Positions 9,470-19,159 are shown, numbered from the stretch's first letter. The stretch is 26,700 bases of DNA from a virus (IMGVR_UViG_3300037483_001454:1-26700), one strand, 5' to 3'. Numbers and translations are program-made. The notes: generated by a model from the sequence alone, not told the origin.

Positions 9470-9632
9470 GTGATGCATTTCAGCGACGTTTGGTTGATCG
9501 GCTCCCGTTCAAGCCAGCGTCAGTCGTGGGGCCGCCCCTGGCCTCGTCTCCCTTCCGGGGTCCCGGAGGTCTCGGGGTCAGGGGTCGGCTTTTCACCCGG
9601 AACGCAGACAGGCTAGCAAAGCGGATGCGCCC

Positions 9633-10067
9633 ATGGACTTTACGATCATCATCGATTCGCGCGAGCAGCAACCGTACTCGTTCGACTGCTCCACGTCAGT
9701 CCGCAAACTCGAAGCCGGCGACTATTCGGTTGCCGGGCATGAGCATCGCATCGCGGTGGAGCGCAAGAGCCTGCCGGACTTCGTACACACCGTCATCCAC
9801 GACGCACCGCGCTTCCGCAACGAGTTGGCCAAGCTCTCGGCCTGCCAGTTCGCCTGCGTCACCGTTGAGGCTGACCTGGACCAGGTGCTGCGCGGGCTGC
9901 GCCAGTCCGACCTGCGACTGGTGACGCCGACGGCCGTGCTGGGTGCGGCCTTACACGTCGCCGTGCACCACCGCATCCCCGTCTACTGGTGCGGCAGTCG
10001 CCAGGCCGCCTGCGCGTTCACCGAGGCGTTCCTTCGAATGGCGGTGCGTGAGGGGGTGGCGGCGTGA
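9633..10067 (+). CDS. ERCC4/XPF-domain nuclease
   Basis: IIIDSREQQP, LEAGDYSV, AVERKSLPDF (GDx..ERKxxxD signature). Confidence 0.88.
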   Translation: MDFTIIIDSREQQPYSFDCSTSVRKLEAGDYSVAGHEHRIAVERKSLPDFVHTVIHDAPRFRNELAKLSACQFACVTVEADLDQVLRGLRQSDLRLVTPTAVLGAALHVAVHHRIPVYWCGSRQAACAFTEAFLRMAVREGVAA

Positions 10068-12211
10068 GTCAGACGATCCATGGCACGGTCGTGAAGACCT
10101 ACTACAGCGACGCGCAGTTCTCGGCCGGCGTGATCGCCACCGACGACGGAACGCAGGTGCGGTTCCGCGGGCGGTTGTATGCGGCCGAAGGCGACCGGCT
10201 GTCGGCCATCGGGCAGTGGACGATGGACCCGAAGTACGGCCATCAATTCGAGATCAAGCAGCTCGACTATGAACTGCCGCAGACCCGTGAGGGGCTGATC
10301 AACTACCTGTCGAAGCACCCGGCTTTCGTCGGCGTGGGGCAAAAGAGCGCCGAACGGATCGTGGATGTACTGGATAACGGTGAAGACCTCAGCGAAGCCC
10401 TGCGTAGTCGGTTGGATGATTTCGTCGCTGCGGGTGTACCGCGCAAGACGCTCGAGGCCTTGGCCGAATCGTGGAACCAGCACGCCGGGGAGAATGCCGT
10501 CCGCTCGTACCTCGCCGGGTATGGCCTCACCCCGCACCAGATGCAGACGCTGCTGGAAAAATTCGGCACCAGCATCGTCTCGGTGCTCAAGCACGATCCC
10601 TATCTGCTGATCAAACACCTGGCCGGCTACGGCTTCAAGAAGGTCGATCAGATCGCCTTAAAACTCGGCATCGCCAAGACGCATCCGGGCCGGATCGAAG
10701 CGGCGCTGTCTTACTGCGTCGCGCAGCAGATCAGCAATGGCCACACATGGACCCTCGGCAGTGAGCTGGTGACGCAGGCGAATGAAGCGTTGGTGATCGA
10801 CACGCTCGACAGCCGCGATCTGATCCAGGCGGCCGGCAACCGGCTGATCGCCAGCGGTGACCTGATCGCCGACGGCTGTGCCGTGACCTTGCCCTGGCTC
10901 CATCGCGACGAGCAGTTGATCGAAGCCGCCTTCCAGGGCGCGGTACGAGGAGACGACGAGACACCCGACGTGTTGACCTGTCGTCCCGAGGACGATCTCA
11001 GCGATGATCAGCGTGAGGCGTTCGAGACGGCGGTCACCAATCGCATCTCCGTCATCTCCGGCGGTGCGGGCACCGGCAAGACCTACGTGGTGGCCCGACT
11101 CGCCCGTCGATTCCAGGAGGCAGGCCTCGTCGTCAGTCTCGCCGCCCCGACGGGCAAGGCCGCCAAACGCATCGAGCAACTGCTGCGCGCCCATGGTGTC
11201 GATCTATCTGCGTCCACGATTCACCGCCTGCTGGGCTACAACGGCATTGCGTTCCGCGAAGACATTCTGCCGGCGGACGTGGTCATCATCGACGAGGTGT
11301 CGATGGTCGACGTGCCCCTCATGGCCGAATTGCTGCGCCACATCGACCCCCGGAAAACCCGCATGATCCTCGTCGGCGATCACAACCAGTTGCCGCCGGT
11401 CGGCCCCGGCAACGTGCTGCGCGACATGATCCAGCACAACCTGGTGCCGGCCACGGTGATGACGAAGGTCCACCGCCAGGCCGGCGTGCTGAAGACCAAC
11501 AGCGTGGGTGTCCTGAACGGACAACTGGCACCGACCGCCACGGACGATCAATCGCGGTGGATGGTCGTCAACCGCTTCCGCGATGCGCAGGCCATCAAGC
11601 ACTGGCTGCGTGATCTGGTCCTGACGGACATCCCGAAGCAGTTCGGATTCGATCCCGTCCACGACGTGCAGATCATCACACCGGAGCACCGTGGCCCGTT
11701 GGGCACACGGTCGCTCAATCAGATGATGCAGTATCTGCTCCGCCCCCGGAATGGGACGTTGGAGGAAAGCAAGCCCGGGCGATCACTTCCGGGGGCGGGG
11801 GATAAGGTCATTCAGACGCGCAACGACTACGAGCTGGGCGTGATGAACGGCACGATCGGCTTCGTGCGGGAGGTGGGCAAGAGCGGATTGGTGATCGACT
11901 TCGAAGGCAAGGAAGACGTCGAGGTCGACTGGAACAAGGCCAAGTCGGTGGAACTGGCGTACGCCCTGACGGCGCACAAGGCCCAGGGTAGCGAGTTCCC
12001 TTGCGCCGTGGTGCTCTGCCACAAGTCACACTTCTTCGCGGATCGCAACTGGCTCTATACAGCCGTAACCCGCGCTGCCCACACCTGCGTGCTGGTTGGC
12101 GATGACTACGGGTTGCGCCGGGCGGCGGGTCAGGTGCGGAATACCAAGCGACGGACCTGGTTGAGTCTCTGGGCGTCGCGGTCGCAGCAGTTGCAGGAGG
12201 CTGCGGCATGA
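10064..12211 (+). CDS. recD2: RecD2-like SF1B DNA helicase
   Basis: N-terminal OB/HhH region (GVGQKSAERIV, GYGFKKVDQIA), Walker A GGAGTGKT, APTGKAAKR, IIDEVSMVD, VGDHNQLPPVGPG, YALTAHKAQGSEF, YTAVTRA; GTGA overlap with the ERCC4 gene. Confidence 0.93.
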   Translation: MSQTIHGTVVKTYYSDAQFSAGVIATDDGTQVRFRGRLYAAEGDRLSAIGQWTMDPKYGHQFEIKQLDYELPQTREGLINYLSKHPAFVGVGQKSAERIVDVLDNGEDLSEALRSRLDDFVAAGVPRKTLEALAESWNQHAGENAVRSYLAGYGLTPHQMQTLLEKFGTSIVSVLKHDPYLLIKHLAGYGFKKVDQIALKLGIAKTHPGRIEAALSYCVAQQISNGHTWTLGSELVTQANEALVIDTLDSRDLIQAAGNRLIASGDLIADGCAVTLPWLHRDEQLIEAAFQGAVRGDDETPDVLTCRPEDDLSDDQREAFETAVTNRISVISGGAGTGKTYVVARLARRFQEAGLVVSLAAPTGKAAKRIEQLLRAHGVDLSASTIHRLLGYNGIAFREDILPADVVIIDEVSMVDVPLMAELLRHIDPRKTRMILVGDHNQLPPVGPGNVLRDMIQHNLVPATVMTKVHRQAGVLKTNSVGVLNGQLAPTATDDQSRWMVVNRFRDAQAIKHWLRDLVLTDIPKQFGFDPVHDVQIITPEHRGPLGTRSLNQMMQYLLRPRNGTLEESKPGRSLPGAGDKVIQTRNDYELGVMNGTIGFVREVGKSGLVIDFEGKEDVEVDWNKAKSVELAYALTAHKAQGSEFPCAVVLCHKSHFFADRNWLYTAVTRAAHTCVLVGDDYGLRRAAGQVRNTKRRTWLSLWASRSQQLQEAAA

Positions 12212-12228
12212 AGCGTCACGCGCAGCAT

Positions 12229-12651
12229 TCAATCAGTGTCCAGCGCGGCAAGGAAGCTAGCCGGCGACATGACGGGAAGATCGGCGTTGCGATAGTGGCG
12301 CAGGTCGCGTGTGACAATGCAGTCGGCTTTGCCGCGGACGGCGCAGTGGTACTGGATGGCGTTTTCGAAATCCTTCACTGGCGAGTCAAGGGCCTGCCGC
12401 AGAATCTGTTCGTCGAGTTCGACGACCTCGAAGACGCTGAGCAAGAGGGAGATACCGCGCTGGGCTGTACGGGAATCCGACGCCTGGCGAAGCAGGTAGT
12501 ACAGCGTGCTGAAACTGTCGGCCGAAACCAGCCCTTCGATCTGCCTGGTCTCGGCGGCCGTCCATATCCGTTCGGCGTCGGCCAGAAACGGCTCACGCTC
12601 GCCGAGCACATCGAGAAGAACGTTGATGTCGATCAGGGGACGACGCATCAC
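12229..12651 (-). CDS. PIN-domain toxin (PIN_3/VapC-like)
   Basis: LIDINVLLD...DFENAIQYHCA...IVTRDLRHY acidic PIN motifs; 4-bp overlap with the upstream antitoxin. Confidence 0.88.
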   Translation of the reverse strand: MMRRPLIDINVLLDVLGEREPFLADAERIWTAAETRQIEGLVSADSFSTLYYLLRQASDSRTAQRGISLLLSVFEVVELDEQILRQALDSPVKDFENAIQYHCAVRGKADCIVTRDLRHYRNADLPVMSPASFLAALDTD

Positions 12652-12911
12652 TTGCCGTATCGCTCTCGCAGGGCCGACTCAATCAGCTGCCGGTCCGTCT
12701 TGTCGCTCGGCAGTTTGACCAGTCCGCGAGCCTTCCTGGTGATCGGGCCAATTGGTCGGCGGCCCGCCTGGTCGCGTCGTGACGACTCTGAACCGGACAT
12801 CCCTTTGATGAACTGGCTGAACATGGCCGACACGCTCGTGCCACGTTCTTCGGCGAGACGCTTGGCCCGTTCGATCACGGCCTTGTCCGCACTGAGGGTG
12901 AGCTTGGGCAT
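12648..12911 (-). CDS. Ribbon-helix-helix antitoxin (DUF6364-like)
   Basis: MPKLTLSADKAVIERAKRLAEERGTSVSAMF RHH pattern; directly upstream of the PIN gene. Confidence 0.82.
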   Translation of the reverse strand: MPKLTLSADKAVIERAKRLAEERGTSVSAMFSQFIKGMSGSESSRRDQAGRRPIGPITRKARGLVKLPSDKTDRQLIESALRERYGK

Positions 12912-12923
12912 CGTCGGGCTCCT

Positions 12924-12954
12924 ATACGTACTGTACTCACTTGATTGTACGTAT
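12924..12954. promoter_or_regulatory. Inverted repeat, likely TA autorepression operator
   Basis: ATACGTAC-15 bp-GTACGTAT just upstream of the antitoxin RBS. Confidence 0.55.
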
Positions 12955-13037
12955 CGTCATTTGGCGAGGCAACCTTTTGCTCTGGAGTTGGCTGCGCGCG
13001 CCGGTTTTCTCGGTGGCGTGGGGTCGGAAGTGGTGTA

Positions 13038-15410
13038 ATGAGCGTGCAAGATACCCAGCCAGCCTCGTTTATCGACCGCTTCGCCTTGCTCGACTGGTTG
13101 GAGCCCAACTGCGAGCCGGACCGCGTGGCGCTGCTCTATCCCAAGGGGGATCGGGGCCTGTCGCCGGGCTGGGTCATTGGTCGAGCCGACGCCCAACGCG
13201 CGATCGCAGCGTACCGGGCCGGCAAGCTCGACGAGGAGACCTTTACCTCCACCACCAAGCACGGCAAGCAGTACCGTATTCGCGGTGCGGTGCGATTGGG
13301 CCTCGTGCCGCATCGCAATGGCCGGGTGCTGGCGTTCTGTATTGACCTCGACAATCACGCCCCCACCCCCGCCCCCGGAAACGCCCCCGGAAACGCCGAT
13401 ACAGGCAGCACCGTTCATCTGGCCTTAGCCATGGCTCGCTTCTTCGGTTGCCAGCCGCTGACGTTCACGTCCAAGGGCGGTATCGGTCTGCACAGTTTCG
13501 TGCACTTGGCCGAGCCGATAGCCGCCGAGGCGTTCGTCGAGTGGGCACGCAGTTGGGGCTTTAACCGACAGGGCCAGCCGGAGGTATTCCCGAAGACGGT
13601 GAAGAACACCCAGGCGTGGTTGCCCAACGAGCCGAACGAGAATGGTGGCGACTGCTACGTCAGTGGGACATTCGAGTCATGCAGGATCACGGCGCTGCCA
13701 CCTGCGCCGCCGGTCAAGCTGACCACCAGCACATTGGACTTCCTGCGGGGGTTCGTTCAGCAGCCCGGTCGCAATGAAGCCCTGAACAAGGCGGCGTTCG
13801 AATTGGCACAGAAGCGGGTGCCAAGAGCCGAGGCCTGGCGGTTGTGCCGGTTTGGCGCTCGTCTCTGCGGTCTTGAATCCGAAGAACCGGAGCAGACACA
13901 GACCACGTTCGACAGCGGCTATGAGGCGGGCAGTCGAGCGCCCGCACCACCGAGTTCCGACTTGCCCGACGCTCCCCTTCCGGGGGCGGGGGACGAGGTG
14001 CTCAAGTTCAGGCGACTCGACGGCATCGGCAACGGCGAGCGCTTCATTGACAACTACCGCGGCACCGTGCGCTACAACTACGAGCTGGACCGATGGCTGG
14101 TGTGGAACGGCAAACGCTGGTCGCTCGATGCCCAGGCTCAAGTCGAGGCGATGGCCAAGAAGACCGCCCGTCTCATCCTTAAAGAGATGGAACGGGCGCT
14201 CGACGAGGCCCGTGACGCCGGAAAGGACGATGGCGAGCTCGAGTCGATCGAGAAGTCTTATCGCAAGCACTACCTGTCCGCCGCTCGCGTCCATGGTGTG
14301 CGGGACACGCTGACGATGGCCCAGTCCGAGCCGGGCGTGAAGGTGTTGGTCAGCCAGATCGACGCCAACCACATGCTGCTCAACGTCAGCAACGGCACGA
14401 TCGACCTGGGGACCGGCCGAATGCATGCCCACCGCCGGCAGGACGGTATCACGAAGATCGGCCGAGCCCTATACGACCCCAACGCACCGTGCCCGCGATG
14501 GCTGGCATTCCTGCAGCGTATCTTCGATGGCGATGACGAGCTGATCACATTTATTCAACGGGCGGTGGGCTATTCGCTGACCGGTCAGGTCAGCGAACAG
14601 TGCCTGTTCTTCCTCTACGGAACCGGACAGAACGGCAAGTCGGTCTTCATCCAGACGCTGTTGCACATGCTCGGTGAGTACGCCCAAAAGGCCCCGACCG
14701 AGATGATCATGAAGCAGGAGCGGTCCAATTCCGGAGGCGCATCGCCGGATATGGCCCGGTTGCGCGGTGTCCGCCTGGCCGTCACGGCGGAACTGGAAGA
14801 GAGCCAGCGCATGGGCGAATCGCGGGTCAAGGACCTGACCGGTGCCGATCGCATCGTCGCCCGCCCGCTGTACCGCGATCCGATCGAGTTCGAACCAACC
14901 CACAAGCTGTGGATATACGGCAACCACAAGCCGACGATCCGCGGCACGGACGAGGGCATCTGGCGGCGCATCCGCCTGATCCCCTTCACCGTCACCATCC
15001 CCAACAAAGAGAAGGACCCGCACCTGGTCGAGAAGCTGCAAGCCGAGTGCGATGGCATCTTGGCATGGGCAGTCGCCGGGTGTCTGGCGTGGCAGCGGGA
15101 AGGCCTGGGCATCCCGACCGCCGTGGCCGAAGCGACCGAAGCGTATCGCAACGAGAGTGATCGGCTTGGTGCGTTCCTCGAGGAGTGCTGCATCGTGGAG
15201 CAGTACGCGCGGGCCGGCAAGAACGAGGTGTATGCCGCCTACGAGCAGTGGTGCCGCGACTCGGGCGAACACCCGGTCAGCAAGAAGAAGCTGGGGCTGC
15301 TGCTGAAGGAACGCGGATTCGAGGAAGGGCGCAATGAGCGCGAGCGCTACTGGATCGGGCTGAGCGCAACTGATTTCGGGGGTGTCGGGGGTGTTTATGA
15401 CCACGAATGA
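13038..15410 (+). CDS. Phage/plasmid primase-helicase (AEP primase + PriCT + D5_N + SF3 helicase, P4 family)
   Basis: AEP-like FCIDLDNH and TSKGGIGLH; GRNEALNKAAF; LDGIGNGERF, WLVWNGKRW; Walker A LYGTGQNGKS, VKDLTGAD, GNHKP, GIWRRIRLIPF. ATG at 13038 (TAATG) preferred over 12945. Confidence 0.92.
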   Translation: MSVQDTQPASFIDRFALLDWLEPNCEPDRVALLYPKGDRGLSPGWVIGRADAQRAIAAYRAGKLDEETFTSTTKHGKQYRIRGAVRLGLVPHRNGRVLAFCIDLDNHAPTPAPGNAPGNADTGSTVHLALAMARFFGCQPLTFTSKGGIGLHSFVHLAEPIAAEAFVEWARSWGFNRQGQPEVFPKTVKNTQAWLPNEPNENGGDCYVSGTFESCRITALPPAPPVKLTTSTLDFLRGFVQQPGRNEALNKAAFELAQKRVPRAEAWRLCRFGARLCGLESEEPEQTQTTFDSGYEAGSRAPAPPSSDLPDAPLPGAGDEVLKFRRLDGIGNGERFIDNYRGTVRYNYELDRWLVWNGKRWSLDAQAQVEAMAKKTARLILKEMERALDEARDAGKDDGELESIEKSYRKHYLSAARVHGVRDTLTMAQSEPGVKVLVSQIDANHMLLNVSNGTIDLGTGRMHAHRRQDGITKIGRALYDPNAPCPRWLAFLQRIFDGDDELITFIQRAVGYSLTGQVSEQCLFFLYGTGQNGKSVFIQTLLHMLGEYAQKAPTEMIMKQERSNSGGASPDMARLRGVRLAVTAELEESQRMGESRVKDLTGADRIVARPLYRDPIEFEPTHKLWIYGNHKPTIRGTDEGIWRRIRLIPFTVTIPNKEKDPHLVEKLQAECDGILAWAVAGCLAWQREGLGIPTAVAEATEAYRNESDRLGAFLEECCIVEQYARAGKNEVYAAYEQWCRDSGEHPVSKKKLGLLLKERGFEEGRNERERYWIGLSATDFGGVGGVYDHE

Positions 15411-15682
15411 CACATCCATGACACATCCTGACGCATCGGAAAACGCATGTGTCATGGGTCAAGCCCCGGATAGCACGGCGGTTATAGAAACCATGACACA
15501 TCTGACACGTTCTCCCCCGAAAGTCACATACGCGTGCGCCTGTGTAGGCAGACAGATAGAAGCGCCATGGGGAAGTCTTGGCAAACGTGTCACATCCGTC
15601 ATCGCAACGTCGCTGAAAGGACTCAAACAATGCACACCCAATCACTTAGCGACCATGACACATCCATGACACATCCGTCATC
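15407..15682. repeat. Iteron-like ATGACACATC(C) direct and inverted repeats (candidate replication origin)
   Basis: Direct copies at 15407, 15418, 15493, 15655, 15666; variants at 15429 and 15503; inverted copies at 15447 and 15585; immediately after the primase stop. Confidence 0.7.
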
Positions 15683-15692
15683 GACCTCCAGC

Positions 15693-16010
15693 ATGCCAGA
15701 GATTGACCTGGGGCGACGGCTGCTCGATATGCTCCGGCACAACCTTTTGGTGCCGGATATCCGTGACGAACTGTTCCCAAAGCGATCTGTACGACATGCC
15801 CGCGATCTGATCGTTCGCATGGCCGAGCGCCCCGAGTTCGCCACCGCAATCTGCACCACGTGGGGCAACGACGTGGGTGCCGCTGGCGTGAGCGCCTGGC
15901 GAAGCTGGTGCGGTAGCCAACGAACATCGCGAGATCGTCTTCGCTCGCTTCGTCGCCTCGTCCGTCTGTGCGACGACATCCATGCGTTCATCAGCGGAGA
16001 TGCGATGTGA
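15693..16010 (+). CDS. Hypothetical phage protein (start uncertain)
   Basis: MPEIDLGRRLLDML... has host-like codon use; the stop overlaps the next ATG (TGATG); the upstream extension reads through the iterons. Confidence 0.55.
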   Translation: MPEIDLGRRLLDMLRHNLLVPDIRDELFPKRSVRHARDLIVRMAERPEFATAICTTWGNDVGAAGVSAWRSWCGSQRTSRDRLRSLRRLVRLCDDIHAFISGDAM

Positions 16011-16453
16011 TGGACGCAGACGCCAATCGCTACATGACCTGCGACTACGACGATCCCGCAAAGCCCGTCTACACACCTGCGGACGATGTCCTGGAGTTCA
16101 AGCGCTCGGTGCGCTTCGCCGCCATCGACGTGATGATCCTCGCGTTCGCCGCACGCCGTCACGCCGAGTGGCTAAGCGAAATTGGCGTCTGCCCACCCGA
16201 CATCGCCAAGCTGATCCGCAAAGACCTGGCATACATAACCAATGTCCTGGACCGCGAGCGCCAGGATGTGGCCGCGCCGAGGCCCACCTCCGGGGGTTCG
16301 CCCACGTTGGGCGACGTTGGCCCACGTTCGCCAGGGGCGGCCCGGGCGACCACGCCTACGCCGACGCTCTTCGACGCCACACACCCCGGAACGTGGCGAC
16401 GTGGGCTAAACCGGCCGAAGGGGCCAAGCGAGGCCATAACCGGCGAGGCATAG
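16010..16453 (+). CDS. Hypothetical phage protein
   Basis: ATG 16010 coupled to the previous stop, GGAG upstream; coding-like first ~85 codons. Confidence 0.6.
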   Translation: MDADANRYMTCDYDDPAKPVYTPADDVLEFKRSVRFAAIDVMILAFAARRHAEWLSEIGVCPPDIAKLIRKDLAYITNVLDRERQDVAAPRPTSGGSPTLGDVGPRSPGAARATTPTPTLFDATHPGTWRRGLNRPKGPSEAITGEA

Positions 16454-16493
16454 GTACTTGGACGGTTGCGCTCGCTACTGATGGCGGCGGGAA
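16452..16493 (+). other. Candidate cos site (cosQ-cosN-like)
   Basis: AGGTACT-23 nt-TGGCGGCGGGAA mirrors lambda GGGTCCT-23 nt-GGGCGGCGACCT; lies at the start of the packaging region of an element with a GpA-type terminase. Confidence 0.45.
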
Positions 16494-16559
16494 CGGTCGC
16501 CTACGTGCTTTGAGTTGGTTGCCAGTGAAAAACACCACCATCGGAACGGAGTCCGAACC

Positions 16560-17969
16560 ATGAAGATCGTCAAACGCAGCATCGATGACATCCGCCCCTA
16601 CGAGAACAACCCGCGCCAGAATGATGACGCGATCGATGCGGTGGCCAAAAGCCTGCAGGAGTTCGGTTGGCGTCAGCCGATCGTCGTCGATGAAGACGGC
16701 GTGATCATCGTCGGCCACACCCGCTGGAAGGCGGCGAAGAAACTGGGCGTCAAGGAAGTGCCGGTCCACGTGGCCACTGACCTGCCGCCGGAGAAGGTAC
16801 GAGCGTACCGTATCGCCGACAACCAGACCTCGACGTTGTCGGAGTGGGACTACGACCTGCTGCCGATCGAACTGACGGCGCTACAGGACGCTGACTACGA
16901 CCTGGACCTGCTGGGCTTCGGTGAAGATGCCCTCAAGTCCATCCTCGCCCCGGCCGGCAACGAAGGTCTGACCGATCCGGACGAGGTGCCCGAGCCGCCG
17001 GACGATCCGATCACCCAACGCGGTGACATCTGGGTTCTCGGCAATCACCATCTGCTCTGTGGTGACAGCGGGAGCGTCGAAGACCTGGACCGACTGCTCG
17101 CGTCGGGCGGCGTTCCGGGGGTTGACCTGGTGAACATGGACCCGCCGTACAACGTGAAAGTTGAGCCGCGCAGCAACAACGCCATTGCGGCGGGTGTGAC
17201 GTCGTTCTCACGACGCGAAGACCTGCAGTGCGAACGATCACAGAGCGAACGCGGCCAGCGCGATCGCCAGCGGCTTCAGAAGAAGATGCATCACCAAGGC
17301 CTCGACTTGGCTCGCCACCCGGAGAAAGCCAAGGCGACGCACAAAAAGATGCGGGCCAAGGATCGCCCGCTCGCCAACGACTTTGTGAGCGACGATGACT
17401 TCGACCACATGCTGCTGGCTTGGTTCGGCAACGCCTCGCGCGTGCTCAAGCCTGGCGGTTCGTTCTACATCTGGGGCGGGTACGCCAACCTTGGCAACTA
17501 CCCCGGCCCGCTCAAGGCGGCGGGGCTCTATTTCAGCCAGGGCATCGTTTGGGACAAGCAGCACCCGGTGCTGACGCGCAAGGATTACATGGGCGCGTTC
17601 GAGATCTGCTTCTACGGTTGGAAGGAAGGCGCGGGCCACCACTTCTATGGCCCGAACAATGCCACCGACCTGTGGCACGTGAAGAAAGTCAACCCGCAGG
17701 CGATGGTCCATCTGACCGAGAAGCCGGTCGAACTGGCGACGCGAGCGATTGAGTACTCGTCGAAGCCGGGTGAGAACGTGCTCGACCTGTTCGGCGGGTC
17801 GGGGTCGACGTTGATCGGATGCGAGCAGACGGGCAGGCGTGCGTTCCTGATGGAACTCGATCAGGCATATTGCGATGTGATCGTCCAGCGATGGGAGCAG
17901 TTCACCGGGAAGAAGGCCGAGCGTGTGCCGGCAGCATCCGGTCAGGAGTGCGAAGCTGATGCGGCCTGA
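16560..17969 (+). CDS. ParB/Srx N-terminal domain fused to an N6A/N4C DNA methyltransferase (beta class)
   Basis: PYENNPR, FGWRQPIVVD, IIVGHTR, RAYRIADN; MTase motif IV MDPPY precedes HLTEKPVEL and motif I VLDLFGGSGST; GGAG before ATG 16560. Confidence 0.92.
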   Translation: MKIVKRSIDDIRPYENNPRQNDDAIDAVAKSLQEFGWRQPIVVDEDGVIIVGHTRWKAAKKLGVKEVPVHVATDLPPEKVRAYRIADNQTSTLSEWDYDLLPIELTALQDADYDLDLLGFGEDALKSILAPAGNEGLTDPDEVPEPPDDPITQRGDIWVLGNHHLLCGDSGSVEDLDRLLASGGVPGVDLVNMDPPYNVKVEPRSNNAIAAGVTSFSRREDLQCERSQSERGQRDRQRLQKKMHHQGLDLARHPEKAKATHKKMRAKDRPLANDFVSDDDFDHMLLAWFGNASRVLKPGGSFYIWGGYANLGNYPGPLKAAGLYFSQGIVWDKQHPVLTRKDYMGAFEICFYGWKEGAGHHFYGPNNATDLWHVKKVNPQAMVHLTEKPVELATRAIEYSSKPGENVLDLFGGSGSTLIGCEQTGRRAFLMELDQAYCDVIVQRWEQFTGKKAERVPAASGQECEADAA

Positions 17970-17970
17970 A

Positions 17971-19128
17971 TCACGCGGTGTCCTTGGTCAGCAAATCGAG
18001 GTAGCGGCGGTAGGCGTAGACCCGATCTCGCTGCTTGCCGGTGGTCTCATGAAGGATGCCAGCATCCTCCAGCGCCCTAATGGCCTTGATCGCCGTAGGT
18101 GTGGTGGTATCGAGCAGTTCGGTCGTCAGTGGCAGCGTCACGATCGGATGCTTGGGCAGAAGATCGAAAAGGCGGATAGCGGTTACCGTGGCGGAGTCAT
18201 GCTGGGCGACCGCCGCGCGGTCGGTGTTGATCCGGTTGAACAGCGATTGGGCGACGGCCACGCCATCGTCAGCCGCCTCCCTGACACACTCGAGGAAGAA
18301 GCTAGTCCAGCCCTCCCAATCCCCTTCGGTGCGAACAGAGGACAGCTTCTCGTAATAGAGCCGTCGATGCTTCTTGAACGCGAGACTGAGGTACAGCAGC
18401 GGCGCATCGAGCATGTTCCAGTGTTCCAGGAGCAGCGTCACCAGCAGACGCCCGATGCGGCCGTTGCCATCGAGGAACGGGTGGATGGTTTCGAACTGGA
18501 CATGAGCCAGTCCGGCTTTAATCAGTGGCGGAAGCGGATCGTCGCTGTGCAGCCATGCGTCGAGTTCAGCCATCGCGTTCACGGCCACATCCGGCGGCGG
18601 CGGAACAAACGCCGCGTTGCCCGGGCGCGTGCCGCCGATCCAGTTTTGCGAGCGACGGATCTGGCCCGGTTCCTTGTGCTGCCCACGAACGCCCTTCATC
18701 AGTCGCTTGTGAACCTGACACAGCAGACGCGTGCTCAGGGGCAGTCCCTTGGGCTGGGCGATCTCGCGACGGGCGTAGTTCAGCGCATCGACGTAGTTGC
18801 AGACTTCCTGAACATCGTCCGGGCGATCCGCCTGCTCCGTCGCTTCGTAATTCAGCACGTCCTCGAGGGTCGCTTGCGTGCCTTCGATCTGCGAGGAGAC
18901 CACCGCTTCCTTGCGAACGAATCCGTAAAGGAACCACTCGGCACTGGGGACCATGGCACCAGCGACCGACAAGCGGGCAAGCGAGGCATTCGCTGCCGAC
19001 ATCAGATCGCGCATGGCGTCGTCGAGTTGCAGAACGGGATCGGTCGGTGGCAGCGGATGCGGGATGAACGCGCGCACCTGCTCTTGCCCCGCTGTCGTTG
19101 CGCGATAGGTTCCGGTGGTCCGCGGCAT
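17971..19128 (-). CDS. fic: Fic family protein (class II, N-terminal inhibitory helix, C-terminal wHTH)
   Basis: Canonical HPFLDGNGRIGR; SSQIEGT inhibitory motif; AAGGAGG RBS. Confidence 0.93.
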   Translation of the reverse strand: MPRTTGTYRATTAGQEQVRAFIPHPLPPTDPVLQLDDAMRDLMSAANASLARLSVAGAMVPSAEWFLYGFVRKEAVVSSQIEGTQATLEDVLNYEATEQADRPDDVQEVCNYVDALNYARREIAQPKGLPLSTRLLCQVHKRLMKGVRGQHKEPGQIRRSQNWIGGTRPGNAAFVPPPPDVAVNAMAELDAWLHSDDPLPPLIKAGLAHVQFETIHPFLDGNGRIGRLLVTLLLEHWNMLDAPLLYLSLAFKKHRRLYYEKLSSVRTEGDWEGWTSFFLECVREAADDGVAVAQSLFNRINTDRAAVAQHDSATVTAIRLFDLLPKHPIVTLPLTTELLDTTTPTAIKAIRALEDAGILHETTGKQRDRVYAYRRYLDLLTKDTA

Positions 19129-19159
19129 CGCTGCTATAGCCTCCTTTACTTGGGCCAGC

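Noticed and set aside
14469-15455. Long antisense ORFs to primase, recD2, pglZ and terminase
   Set aside because: Ordinary shadow frames, repeatedly interrupted and not coupled to neighbouring genes.
15407-15682. CRISPR array interpretation of the ATGACACATCC repeats
   Set aside because: Units are only ~11 bp, irregularly spaced and in both orientations, with no cas genes.
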